IMG/VR virus record: IMGVR_UViG_3300045988_148972
Length of the DNA stretch: 64,000 bases
Strand: one strand, 5' to 3'
DNA from: a virus
The translations under genes were made by a program, and so were the position numbers. Of this stretch, positions 42,901-53,063 are shown piece after piece; position 1 is the stretch's first letter; the number at the start of each line of letters is the position of its first letter. Below the pieces are notes generated by a model. It did no database searches. It worked only from the letters and a program-made list of their open reading frames with translations, and was not told where the DNA came from.

Positions 42901-43254
42901 CTATTTATTTTCATTGTTCTTTATTTCCTCATAAATCATCTTTGCAAGTTCCGGAACAGACTTGTCACACCATCCGTCTGCTATGTCGTCTTTTTCTTTG
43001 TCAAAGTGATTTTCGGAAACATATTCGTTCACCCACGATTGAAAATCATCCTCCGAAATACCATAGTCGGGGTCGTATTCTATGTAAGATGTAAGTGAAT
43101 AGCAGTGTTCGTGAGATTTCCATGGATATACAGTCCCATCATAGACAAGTGTCTGATTTTTGTATTGTTCCCCAGCGTGGATAGTTCCACCGCAATAATC
43201 GCACCGGTGTTCTTTACGGGCGATAGGAGATTTTTCTTGTAATACTTCTGGCAT
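42901..43254 (-). CDS. Hypothetical protein with CxxC...H motifs (117 aa)
   Basis: HRCDYCGGTIHAGE. Confidence 0.55.
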   Translation of the reverse strand: MPEVLQEKSPIARKEHRCDYCGGTIHAGEQYKNQTLVYDGTVYPWKSHEHCYSLTSYIEYDPDYGISEDDFQSWVNEYVSENHFDKEKDDIADGWCDKSVPELAKMIYEEIKNNENK

Positions 43255-43255
43255 A

Positions 43256-43432
43256 TTATTCTTCTTTTTTATCGTTTCTGATGGCTTCAGATAATTTGTT
43301 AATTACGAGATAAATGAGCATAAGCTCTATAAACATAATGTCATAATTCTTGTCTGCCAAATAGCATAATACTAAGAGAGCAAATGAACAAGAAACGACA
43401 ATGATCATTGCAATAAAATACTCTTTCATCAT
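43256..43432 (-). CDS. Small membrane protein (58 aa), below the ORF-track cutoff
   Basis: Translated by hand as MMKEYFIAMIIVVSCSFALLVLCYLADKNYDIMFIELMLIYLVINKLSEAIRNDKKEE. Confidence 0.4.
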   Translation of the reverse strand: MMKEYFIAMIIVVSCSFALLVLCYLADKNYDIMFIELMLIYLVINKLSEAIRNDKKEE

Positions 43433-43511
43433 TAATACCGGAATTTACTGAATTGAATTACTGCCATTGGCTTGCTGAAATCATAACCACGGAACCACTC
43501 TTTCCAGTCTT

Positions 43512-43889
43512 CTACCGCAGGCCATCGTTGGCCGCAAGTTCTTTCAGTTCCGGATATTTACCGTCGATGTCGAAGAAATTGAAAGAGGCACATCCGTCGT
43601 GATCCAGCTGGAAGGTAAGTTTCTGAATACCTGTTCCAGATTCCGCAGTCAGACAGCCTATTGTTATTTGCCTGCTGAAATACGGACGGCCTTCCCACTG
43701 ACGGACGGAGATAACCGCTTCACCTTGCTGCACCTCGTGTATGCGTTTTGCCCAAAGCGGAAAGTTAGACCGGATGGTGTGTCGTTTTTCTCCGGAAAGG
43801 AATTTCTCACGGAATCCGGTAGGGCTCCCAGACCGGGGATGTTTGGCCGGGAAAGATTGCGAAAGCATGAGCACGTAAGTCTTTTTCAT
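43512..43889 (-). CDS. ASCH/PUA-like domain protein (125 aa)
   Basis: KRHTIRSNFPLWAKR...GEAVISVRQW pattern. Tentative. Confidence 0.4.
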   Translation of the reverse strand: MKKTYVLMLSQSFPAKHPRSGSPTGFREKFLSGEKRHTIRSNFPLWAKRIHEVQQGEAVISVRQWEGRPYFSRQITIGCLTAESGTGIQKLTFQLDHDGCASFNFFDIDGKYPELKELAANDGLR

Positions 43890-44794
43890 AAATCTTCAAT
43901 CTCCTTTTCTAATCGTTTAATTTCCTGGTTAATTTCTTCACGTATCATCTTATCATGCTTATCAAGTAAATCTCTGAGGCTAATAGTAAAGCTTTCAGCG
44001 TATCTTGCAAATAGAATACATTCAGGATTATATATATAGCCTAACGAGTATTTATCCTCAGAAAGTTTCTTCTTTATATTTTCCAGAGTTTTCTTACGAT
44101 TTATCAATAAGCATAGCTTTTCATATTCTTCCTCTGTCATCTTATACCTCCTTTCCCAGATGAAAATACGGTTCATCTCTGGATTGAACGAGCGGGTAAT
44201 CAAACCGTCAAGTTCGATTTCCCTGTGCGGAAGTTTCATAAGTGGATTGTAACGATGTACGTGTTTGTTCCCGACAAGGATAAACCGGCGTACAAAAGAG
44301 AGCATCTTCGTCATGTCTATACCCAGGTCATTACCGCTTTTCGTATCTCCGCGCCATTTATGAGTCACGAAGCATCCAAGTATGGTGTGCGGACGATATT
44401 TCCGTGCGGCAGAAACCGCATCAATCTTTTCCACGTACTTAGGGTATCTGATTGTAGGACAATTAAGCAGCTCATACATTCTATGGGTCTCAAAATCTGC
44501 CGACTGTTGGTAACTGTCGGTGGTACGAATGCTCAGTTCACGTCCGATAATTCCACGTCCGGCTCCTACCTCTATTGCATCATATTCTCCAATTTCCTTG
44601 TCAAGGAAGTCAATAAGTTCTTCAGTAGGAAGCACATAAAGCGCTTCATTGTTCATGAATAAATGAATCTGGTCCAAACTGAACTGAGACCAGAAGTCTT
44701 TACCGAGTATCTGGAACTCTCCATTTCGGTACACATCGTTAAGAATGGGCGTAATGTCCGTGTTCTTTGAAATAGTTCTTACATTCATGTTCAT
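43886..44794 (-). CDS. Class I SAM-dependent methyltransferase-like protein with a coiled-coil tail (302 aa)
   Basis: Motif I AIEVGAGRGIIG. Start set at MNMNVRT, downstream of the middle-type promoter. Confidence 0.55.
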   Translation of the reverse strand: MNMNVRTISKNTDITPILNDVYRNGEFQILGKDFWSQFSLDQIHLFMNNEALYVLPTEELIDFLDKEIGEYDAIEVGAGRGIIGRELSIRTTDSYQQSADFETHRMYELLNCPTIRYPKYVEKIDAVSAARKYRPHTILGCFVTHKWRGDTKSGNDLGIDMTKMLSFVRRFILVGNKHVHRYNPLMKLPHREIELDGLITRSFNPEMNRIFIWERRYKMTEEEYEKLCLLINRKKTLENIKKKLSEDKYSLGYIYNPECILFARYAESFTISLRDLLDKHDKMIREEINQEIKRLEKEIEDL

Positions 44795-44814
44795 CGTTTT
44801 ATTACATTTACCTA

Positions 44815-44868
44815 CCGCAAAAATAACAATTTTAAACCGAAATCGCATTAAAATTATCTCTAAAATTC
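44815..44868 (-). promoter_or_regulatory. Middle-type promoter motif, copy 3 of 3 (leftward)
   Basis: The minus strand reads GAATTTTAGAGATAATTTTAATGCGATTTCGGTTTAAAATTGTTATTTTTGCGG. The -7 box TATTTTTG lies at 44818-44825. Confidence 0.6.
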
Positions 44869-44888
44869 ATAAAACCTCCGATATTTCG

Positions 44889-44928
44889 TTTTTGTCCTTC
44901 AAATTACCGAATCAGACCACTAACTTTG
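44889..44928 (+). promoter_or_regulatory. Late-type promoter motif, copy 2 of 5
   Basis: TTTTTG-TCCTTCA..(26 nt between TTTG and TA)..TAACTTTG (44921-44928). Confidence 0.65.
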
Positions 44929-44945
44929 AGGAAAACACAAAGACT

Positions 44946-45971
44946 ATGTTAGTAACGAAAACCGAAGAAATTAGGGCATACGTGCCCACCAGCGTGTACA
45001 GCGGCGGCCAGTCACTTCTCACAATCATGGAAGAGACAGAAGAGAACATTATTGTGCCGATACTTGGGCGAAAACTATACGAAAAGGTATGCGAAGAATA
45101 CGATAAGGCCATGGAGGATTATGGCGGAGTGACGGCGGACTACGTAGACAAAGAAAACCTTACACCCGAAATCCGTCTGATACGTGCCTGTCAGCTTCCG
45201 GTGGTCTATTTGTCGCTGGCCAACAGCACCGGCATTCTCACGGTAAGTCTGAACGACGGGGGTGGACTGAACCAGGTGTACACCGACGGGTACGACAAGG
45301 CCGACGAGAAATCCGTGAGCCGGTTTGAACGCGATGCGTATTTCAAGGGCCGTCGCGGAGTAGATCGTCTGCTGGTATTCCTGGAAGAGGATGCGTGCAG
45401 TCAGGCCCCCGTGTTTGCTGATTTGTGGCGCGAAAGCCGGTATTTCTACCTACAGGGAGATTTGCTGTTTACTACCGCCATCGAGATGAACCGTTTTCTG
45501 GACATCAACGAAAGCCGGGAGAAGTTTATCGCCATGTTGCCTGACATTCGCTATTGCCAAAGTGCATATATCGAGCCGGAGATAGGGGAGGAGCTGACCG
45601 ATGCGCTGGTAAAATGGTGCACGCGCTCGCTAAAGTCCGACCTTTTCACGGGCGAAGACAAGGATGCCATAAATGCGGTTTGGCAGAAGGCTGTGGACTG
45701 TCTGCACATGGCGCTGGCATTGTACATCGAGTCGCGCCGTCCGGAAAAACAGCGCAAGTACAGCGAAAACGAGGCAGCTTATTCCATGATAAAGGCACGC
45801 AAATTTATCTCCAACCATCAGGATTCTTTCGGAGAGTTTATCAAGGATTCTCCGCTGTATGTGCCCCCTCTCACTGAGACTTCCGAATCGGACAAGCAAC
45901 CCATATTCGACTATGACAACCAGGATAACTCCCTCTTTGTGCTTCGTCCGCAAGCCTTCAACCGGCACTGA
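44946..45971 (+). CDS. Hypothetical late protein (341 aa)
   Basis: First ATG after the late motif (MLVTKTEEIRAY). Confidence 0.65.
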   Translation: MLVTKTEEIRAYVPTSVYSGGQSLLTIMEETEENIIVPILGRKLYEKVCEEYDKAMEDYGGVTADYVDKENLTPEIRLIRACQLPVVYLSLANSTGILTVSLNDGGGLNQVYTDGYDKADEKSVSRFERDAYFKGRRGVDRLLVFLEEDACSQAPVFADLWRESRYFYLQGDLLFTTAIEMNRFLDINESREKFIAMLPDIRYCQSAYIEPEIGEELTDALVKWCTRSLKSDLFTGEDKDAINAVWQKAVDCLHMALALYIESRRPEKQRKYSENEAAYSMIKARKFISNHQDSFGEFIKDSPLYVPPLTETSESDKQPIFDYDNQDNSLFVLRPQAFNRH

Positions 45972-46012
45972 TTTTTTGTCCTTCATTCTCAGTTGTCATA
46001 TACCTAACTTTG
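45972..46012 (+). promoter_or_regulatory. Late-type promoter motif, copy 3 of 5
   Basis: TTTTTTG-TCCTTCA..26 nt..TAACTTTG (46005-46012). Confidence 0.65.
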
Positions 46013-46029
46013 GGTAAAAGAAACGACAA

Positions 46030-47022
46030 ATGGATACGACAAACTACCAGATAAATCTTCATGCTCTTCCAGACAGTTGGAACAGGCTTTCCACCAGAGA
46101 GCTAGAAGAAGTGAATAGACTTTACATAGAAAGGAATATAGAAGTTGAGGAGGAACAGTCTGAAAGGCTTTTTAAGTTAAAATGCTTTATGCTTTTTCTT
46201 AGTCTAAAAATTGTGAGATTTACTACTACAGACGAGAATGGAGATACAGTGTTCTTCTTCCGAAGAAAAGGGTTTGTTCATCGTTTTGAAAGAATACCTA
46301 TGAGGGCGTGGCAAGTAAATCAGTGGATTGATCAGAAACTAGGTTTTCTGGATAAACCTTTTGGGCGAACGATTACTCCCTATAAAATTGTCCGTTTGCG
46401 TATGGGGACCCTGTGTTTGAAGGCTCCAAAGGACGTAATGTCCGATGTGACTTTTGCGCAATATCAGTCTGCTCAGAATCTGCTTATTATGTACTGGGAA
46501 ACTCAGAAAGTGATTCAAACTCTTTTTAGAAACAAGTCTAGTCGTACAGCTATTCGCATGCAGATGCGCCGCATGGAACAGGTGCGTTGCCGGTTTTTGG
46601 CCACTCTGTTTAATGAATCAGTGAGAGAAACAGGAGAAATACGAGAAGGAAGATACATGCGTAAATATAAACGTCGTGTTTGGTCATTTTATTCCGGACA
46701 GATACAGAAAAATGCTCGCTGGTTCCGACCGGTAGAAGGCCGTATGTTTCCAGTCATGGTTCAGTATTTTCAAAGTGTGCAAGAAGCCTATGCTCGTATG
46801 TATCCTGAACTGTTTACTTCAAACGGTAAAAAGAACGGCATCTATAGTCCAATAAAGATAGAGGTAGAGATGATAAATAATATTATGAAGTACCAGGGAT
46901 TTGATGACTACGATGCAGTATATGATAGTGAGGCTGTACGTATTCTGGGAATTATGAATGCCATGGCAAAGGAAGCCAAAGAAATTGAAAAAATGAATCA
47001 GAAATACAAAACAGGGAAATGA
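46030..47022 (+). CDS. Hypothetical basic late protein (330 aa)
   Basis: ORF after the late motif. Overlaps the fibre gene start (ATGA). Confidence 0.65.
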   Translation: MDTTNYQINLHALPDSWNRLSTRELEEVNRLYIERNIEVEEEQSERLFKLKCFMLFLSLKIVRFTTTDENGDTVFFFRRKGFVHRFERIPMRAWQVNQWIDQKLGFLDKPFGRTITPYKIVRLRMGTLCLKAPKDVMSDVTFAQYQSAQNLLIMYWETQKVIQTLFRNKSSRTAIRMQMRRMEQVRCRFLATLFNESVRETGEIREGRYMRKYKRRVWSFYSGQIQKNARWFRPVEGRMFPVMVQYFQSVQEAYARMYPELFTSNGKKNGIYSPIKIEVEMINNIMKYQGFDDYDAVYDSEAVRILGIMNAMAKEAKEIEKMNQKYKTGK

Positions 47023-50000
47023 TAACTGACTACCAGAATAACGGATACCGAATTTCATATCAGGGAGTGTCCATGATAGAAAATGCGCTTGACAACCCTA
47101 ATCTAATTCAGATAGGGGTTTCGTCAGGATGTACCATTATGGTAGCTCCAGAAAAAGATTACGGAATAGACTATCTTCCAAATGGTGAATACAAGACTTG
47201 GAAACTAACAGGATATAACACGCGCCTAAACCGAACGGAAGAACATTATATTTATGCTCGTCTAACCAGAAACTCGGATACTGCTATGATTCTTTTTTCC
47301 GTTAACGAATATGCTATTGACGGAAGCATTGGTGGGCAGAATCCTAGCGAATATTACTATTATATACGAATAGGGAAGATTACTGCAACCGACAAGTTGG
47401 AAGAAGCTACTCTTGATCGAGAGATTACATTGGATTACGGTAAACTTTCTACACCTGCTGGGCAAACGCAGGATACAGCCGGATGGAAGGAGCTATTTAG
47501 TGTAACTGCAGATGATCTTATTCGTCCATTGAAAAAGTTCACTTCCTACATTGTACAAGGTACACTATCTATTATTGGGAAGTTGGTTATCAACGATAAG
47601 CAGATTTCAGATGTAGCAAGACAGGTAGATGAAGGGGAATTTTCTGCCAGTGATGAACTTATACCAACGACGGCTTTACTTGTAGGGAAATATATAACAA
47701 AGATTAGAGAATATTTTTTAAGTAAAGATAGGGAAGATCAGACTAAATTCTTGCTAAGGCTTATTGGAGGAGCAGAATTTGGAACTTATGCTTCAGGAAT
47801 ATCAGGAGCACAAATTTCTTCCGATGGAGCAGCAGAATTACTCAATTTATTGCTTCGTGGTGCTTTAACTATTGGAGATTATCAGGTTAAAAAATCTGGT
47901 GCTAAAATAGACGAGCAGGGCGTTGCAGACTTACTTTCTATACTTGTACGAAACGGTATGGAATCAGCCAACTTTTCTACTGGTGCTTTAGGTACTGGAT
48001 TCTGTCTGAAAAAAGATGAAAATGGCGACAGTTACCTGGAAGTAGACCGTATGCTTGTCCGAAAGGTAGCTACATTTATACAGTTGCTTATCCAGCAGAT
48101 CAAGCATGTTGGCGGTCAGATTATTCTAACTCCGGCATCTATGTCGTGTGTTAAGGTAGAGGATAAAGGAGATTTCTATCGTTGCTACTTTGAAAACACG
48201 GACGGAGAAAAGACAATAGAGCAGGAATTTGTGGTCGGTGATTTGGCTAGAGCGCAGACTTTTAACGTAAAGGAGGGTGTTAATGAAAATGTAACTAATA
48301 CCTACTATTGGCGTGCTGTCGTAGGAACAGGAGATAACTATATAGATTTATCCAAAACAGATTGCGATGCAGGTTCTACCGAGCCAAAAGCTGGCGATGA
48401 TATTGTACAGTTAGGAAATAAGTCTGACGCTACACGTCAGGCAGCTATTATCTTGTCTGCATACGGCAATGATGCACCTTATTTCAAGTTATATCGTGGT
48501 ATTAATTCCTATTCTTTGGACGGAAAAGAATTTGTTTCTTTTTCACGTTCAGAAGTAATGATTATTGCCGATGCAATAAAATTCAGTTCCGGAGAAAGCG
48601 TAAAGGACTATATCGACAACGCGGTAGGGGAAGTCAATACAAAAGTAGACGATGCTATATCTGATTTATCTGAAAACATTTCATTTGTAAATCAGTTATC
48701 TAAGGATTTAGAAGCTGTTAAAAACCAAATAGACGGTGCTATTGAAACATGGTTTTATGAACCAGTTCCTACATTAAGTAACGAACCTGCTGTAAATTGG
48801 ACTACAAACGAAGATAAGAATGTACATTTAGGTGACTTGTATTATGACGGAAACGGAAAGGCTTACCGTTTCCAGATGTCAGGTACTTCTTATGTATGGC
48901 AGGTAATAACCGATTCTGATATCACAAAAGCTTTGGCTGACGCTAAAAAAGCACAAGACACAGCAGATGGAAAGAGAAGGGTATTTGTAACTACCCCATC
49001 TAATGCTTCAGTGTATGATATTGGAGATTTGTGGGTTAATGCAACATACGGAAGCTACAAGAATGATTTGCTTCGATGCAAAACGTCTAAACAAGCAAAT
49101 GCTCAGTTTTCTATTGAGCATTGGGAACTTGCAACAAGATACACAGACGATACTAAGGCTAATCAGGCAATAGAGGATGCGGCTAACGCAAAAGCAGCAG
49201 CAGACAACGCACAAACTGATGCAAATGAAGCAAAAGAAAGATTAGATAGCTGGGCTTCTGATGGTTCTATTTCTCCAACGGAAAAACAGTCACTAAAAGA
49301 AGAGATATCAAGGATTGATGCAGATAAAACACAGATTGCAAACGGATATGCTAAGTATAACTTAGATACTCCTACAAATTACAACAATGCACACACGGCT
49401 TATCGTGCTGTGTTGGTAACTCTTACTGCATCTTCGCCTGAAACAATCACTATCCCGTCCGATTTTGCTACAAAGCAAACTGCATATTATACACAGAGAA
49501 CAAATGCTTTAACTGCTATTTCAAATGCTGCACGTGATTATGCGCAAGGTATCGCCAACGACTTAAATACCTATAAGCAAACTGTAAGTTCTCAATTTGA
49601 GCAGACCAACAACAGCATTACTGCTGCTGTAACTTCTTCAAAGGAATACACAAATAATGCTATTAATAATATTCAGATTGGAGGAAGAAACTATTTTGCT
49701 TTTTCTAGGACTAAAATAAAAAATACTAGTGGGACAGGAAAATTTGATAAAAGTATTAATGGAGCTGTTTTAACAACAGGAAGTAATTCTACAAGCAAAG
49801 GAATTGTAAGATTCAATAACTTCGGTTTAACTGATGCGGGTGATTATACACTTTCATGTGAAATAAAAGCAACGTCTGACGTAACTATAAAAATAGATAT
49901 ATGCGATTATACAATTCTTAATAATATAGCTGTTACAAACCAATACAAAAAAATAAAATTAACAGGAAGAGTTGCTGCTTACATAAACGGTGTTGGTGGA

Positions 50001-52736
50001 TATTACGGATTTGTAGACTTTGATGAAGTTTCTGATATTCCTGATGGTGTAAAAATTTACATAAAGAATTTCAAATTAGAATCAGGCAATAAAGCTACCG
50101 ACTGGTCGCCTGCCCCCGAAGATTCAGAAAACGCTTTGACAGAATACAAAAAAGAAGTCACTGCACAATTCAGTGTATTGGAAGGCGAAATTAGCAGCAA
50201 GGTTTCTTCCACAGAAATGACCACAATTAAACAAGAAATTCTTAATTCTGCTGCAACTGATGCAGCAAATAAGGTTAATAGTATTCAAGTAGGAGGAAGA
50301 AACTATGCTTTAGGTACAGGCACTAAGAAGGAAACTACTCCAAACAATTCTAGCAACCAACTATATAATCTATATGTTTTAAAAAAGGAATTGGGAGGAA
50401 ATCATATATTTGTATCTGCTAAAGTTAAATTCGAGAATTGTACATTTAGCAGTAACAGTAAAGCTAGCCTACAAGGTAATGGTGCTATGTTTGGTTGGTC
50501 ACCTAATTATACCTTTATTGCAGGAGGAGGACAAAACAAAGAATATATTGTTAAATGGGAAACAGACTTACAGAAACCATCATCAGATAATACAGCCTAT
50601 ATACAATTAAGATTAGATTATATTAATGGTGGAAAAGTTACAGTTTCTGAATTTAAAGCAGAAATAGGCAATAAAGCAACAGACTGGTCACCTGCTCCCG
50701 AAGATGCAGACTCTAAATATGCTACAATTACGACTGTCGAATCTATGCAAACTGAGATTACGCAGTTAAGTAGCGAAATTTCACTCAGGGCTTATAAGTC
50801 AGAAGTTACTGCCGTTCAGAACAACCTTAATCAGACTAATAACAATTTGTCAGCGCTGACTACACGTGTAAGCAAAGCTGAGATAGCATTGCAGCCCGAT
50901 AATATTTGGATTGGCATTTCTTCAAAAGTAACAACAACAACAAAGGTAAACAATATTGTTCCTGATAGCTGCTTTGATGATGCTAATTACAGCTTACTTT
51001 ACGGTGGTGGTTCACGAGTTAGTGCGGCAACTGCTAACAATAGCTGTCCTACAAGTTATTGTATGAAGTCTACTCAACGTGATGTGCAAGCTAGAAATTA
51101 CGTATCTGTTTCAGAAGGAGAAAAATATTACATTTCTGCCTATGTAAATGCTCAATTAGCTAATTATACTGTAAGAGTTGGACTTATATTAAAAAAATCT
51201 GACGGGTCTACAACTTGGATGTATAATAACGACACTTCTGTTGCTTCAAAAACTAGTGGATGGCAAAAAATATCAGGTTATATTACAATTCCTGCTGGAT
51301 ATATAAAGGCTGGTATTTGGTTTCAAATTGATGGAGGTTCAAACTTTGGTTCGGCTTACTTTACAAAGGTATATGCATATAAGGTGGATGAATCCGTTAA
51401 TCAAAACTATGCTTTATTGACAAGCAATGAAAAAAGATTGACTACTTTTAATAATGTAGCAAATCAAAGAAATACATTATACAAAACATCCGGTTTAAGA
51501 AAAGGAGATATAGTGACTATTTCATTTGAGTATGAAGCAAGTAATCTTATTTGGGACACAACAGAAAATTCATATTTTAGGGTTCAGTTTGACGATAAAT
51601 TTGGTTGGACTGCTTATAATATTCCTAATTTAAAATCTAATGGTACAGGTAAAATTATTACTCCTCCCTTAACTTTAGGTGGTAGTGATACAAATATCAA
51701 AGATTCTAATATTGAAATGTGTTTTTATTACATTTCTTCTGTGTTACAAGACAATAAACCAATAGGTTACTTCCGTGTTTGGAATATGAAAGTAGAAAAA
51801 GGCGAAAGGTCAACACCATGGAGTGCTGCACCTAGCGATTATTCCACAACAGAAGAGATTAAGGCTGGTATGCAGATAACCGACAAGGGATTCAACTTCT
51901 TCGGTCAGGAGTTTAACTTCTCAGGACGTATATCAGTCGGAGATTTAGACCCGACAATTATCGAAAATGGTTATTTGCGTGCAAGTCTTATTAATGCCGA
52001 TACACTTGTAGTTAAAACACTTAATGCTTCAAATACAGATGGTGTAAGTACACTTGTAAACAAAGACGGTCTAAAAATGACGCAAGGAAGCAATGTGCTA
52101 TTTAAGCTGACATCCAATAAATCTACAGTAGGAACAACACGATATTACGCACAAATGGACCTTACAACGGCTTATTCGGATGGTTCTACTTTGCAAGGTA
52201 CATTAACGCCCGAATCTTTATTTCTTCGTGGTAAGACTAAAAGCACTGACAAGACATTGAAAACTACATTGATGTATAATGGCTTGATGATTTATGATGA
52301 AAATGGTACAGGTCTTACTGTTAACACAAAAGGAATACAGCTTACATATTGTGGAAAAACACAAGGAGGTAGTAATGTTTGTGCTGTTGTTCATTATGCT
52401 AAGTGTATATTCTCTGTCTACATTACGGCGCAGGGACGTGTATCATATAATATAGGAGGAAGCATTCCTAATTCATCCGGAACACCAATTGAGTTTTCCG
52501 TAACAAGGACAGGCGCAGGAAGATATAAAGTAACTCATAATATCAATGATTTAAGATATATGGGACAAATCACTGCTTTGTCAAATGGAAATTTGACTGT
52601 AGGTATTTTTGAAAATAGAAATAGCACATCATTCGAGTACTCTACTATTAGCTTTAACGGAAGTGGATGGTATGCTCAAGATTGTGGTGTATATTTATCT
52701 ATATATTACGAATCGCCTAAACTGTTTACATTCTGA
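47019..52736 (+). CDS. Giant modular tail fibre / host-specificity protein (1905 aa)
   Basis: Supported by length, coiled-coil Ala/Gln/Asn-rich stretches, and repeated units IQ(I/V)GGRNY + about 140 aa + GNKATDWSPAPED (50085-50123 and 50667-50705). A degenerate third copy GERSTPWSAAPSD lies at 51801-51839. Confidence 0.8.
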   Translation: MITDYQNNGYRISYQGVSMIENALDNPNLIQIGVSSGCTIMVAPEKDYGIDYLPNGEYKTWKLTGYNTRLNRTEEHYIYARLTRNSDTAMILFSVNEYAIDGSIGGQNPSEYYYYIRIGKITATDKLEEATLDREITLDYGKLSTPAGQTQDTAGWKELFSVTADDLIRPLKKFTSYIVQGTLSIIGKLVINDKQISDVARQVDEGEFSASDELIPTTALLVGKYITKIREYFLSKDREDQTKFLLRLIGGAEFGTYASGISGAQISSDGAAELLNLLLRGALTIGDYQVKKSGAKIDEQGVADLLSILVRNGMESANFSTGALGTGFCLKKDENGDSYLEVDRMLVRKVATFIQLLIQQIKHVGGQIILTPASMSCVKVEDKGDFYRCYFENTDGEKTIEQEFVVGDLARAQTFNVKEGVNENVTNTYYWRAVVGTGDNYIDLSKTDCDAGSTEPKAGDDIVQLGNKSDATRQAAIILSAYGNDAPYFKLYRGINSYSLDGKEFVSFSRSEVMIIADAIKFSSGESVKDYIDNAVGEVNTKVDDAISDLSENISFVNQLSKDLEAVKNQIDGAIETWFYEPVPTLSNEPAVNWTTNEDKNVHLGDLYYDGNGKAYRFQMSGTSYVWQVITDSDITKALADAKKAQDTADGKRRVFVTTPSNASVYDIGDLWVNATYGSYKNDLLRCKTSKQANAQFSIEHWELATRYTDDTKANQAIEDAANAKAAADNAQTDANEAKERLDSWASDGSISPTEKQSLKEEISRIDADKTQIANGYAKYNLDTPTNYNNAHTAYRAVLVTLTASSPETITIPSDFATKQTAYYTQRTNALTAISNAARDYAQGIANDLNTYKQTVSSQFEQTNNSITAAVTSSKEYTNNAINNIQIGGRNYFAFSRTKIKNTSGTGKFDKSINGAVLTTGSNSTSKGIVRFNNFGLTDAGDYTLSCEIKATSDVTIKIDICDYTILNNIAVTNQYKKIKLTGRVAAYINGVGGYYGFVDFDEVSDIPDGVKIYIKNFKLESGNKATDWSPAPEDSENALTEYKKEVTAQFSVLEGEISSKVSSTEMTTIKQEILNSAATDAANKVNSIQVGGRNYALGTGTKKETTPNNSSNQLYNLYVLKKELGGNHIFVSAKVKFENCTFSSNSKASLQGNGAMFGWSPNYTFIAGGGQNKEYIVKWETDLQKPSSDNTAYIQLRLDYINGGKVTVSEFKAEIGNKATDWSPAPEDADSKYATITTVESMQTEITQLSSEISLRAYKSEVTAVQNNLNQTNNNLSALTTRVSKAEIALQPDNIWIGISSKVTTTTKVNNIVPDSCFDDANYSLLYGGGSRVSAATANNSCPTSYCMKSTQRDVQARNYVSVSEGEKYYISAYVNAQLANYTVRVGLILKKSDGSTTWMYNNDTSVASKTSGWQKISGYITIPAGYIKAGIWFQIDGGSNFGSAYFTKVYAYKVDESVNQNYALLTSNEKRLTTFNNVANQRNTLYKTSGLRKGDIVTISFEYEASNLIWDTTENSYFRVQFDDKFGWTAYNIPNLKSNGTGKIITPPLTLGGSDTNIKDSNIEMCFYYISSVLQDNKPIGYFRVWNMKVEKGERSTPWSAAPSDYSTTEEIKAGMQITDKGFNFFGQEFNFSGRISVGDLDPTIIENGYLRASLINADTLVVKTLNASNTDGVSTLVNKDGLKMTQGSNVLFKLTSNKSTVGTTRYYAQMDLTTAYSDGSTLQGTLTPESLFLRGKTKSTDKTLKTTLMYNGLMIYDENGTGLTVNTKGIQLTYCGKTQGGSNVCAVVHYAKCIFSVYITAQGRVSYNIGGSIPNSSGTPIEFSVTRTGAGRYKVTHNINDLRYMGQITALSNGNLTVGIFENRNSTSFEYSTISFNGSGWYAQDCGVYLSIYYESPKLFTF

Positions 52737-52771
52737 TTTAAATTTTGTATATTTGTAAAAACTATTTAATT

Positions 52772-53050
52772 ATGAAAAAACTGAATTTTAAAGCCGTTCC
52801 GACAAGGGACATCGAAGGCAACCTAGAGCCTAGAGATATTTCAAAAGAACTAGGAAACTTTATCTATCGTGAAACCTCCGACTTGGGAGAATTGGATTTG
52901 GCACAAAGAATCTACAAGGACGGAGAAGTGGAAGTCAATGAGAGTGAAGTAGAAATCATCCGAAGATACATGAACCGCGGATATAAGGCATTTGTAAAGA
53001 AAGCCTTCGAGGAAATGGTTTCGGATGTTCAAGAAGTTCAATCTTTATAA
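52772..53050 (+). CDS. Hypothetical protein (92 aa)
   Basis: ORF starting at MKKLNFKAV. Confidence 0.5.
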   Translation: MKKLNFKAVPTRDIEGNLEPRDISKELGNFIYRETSDLGELDLAQRIYKDGEVEVNESEVEIIRRYMNRGYKAFVKKAFEEMVSDVQEVQSL

Positions 53051-53063
53051 ATCAGATAAATAT

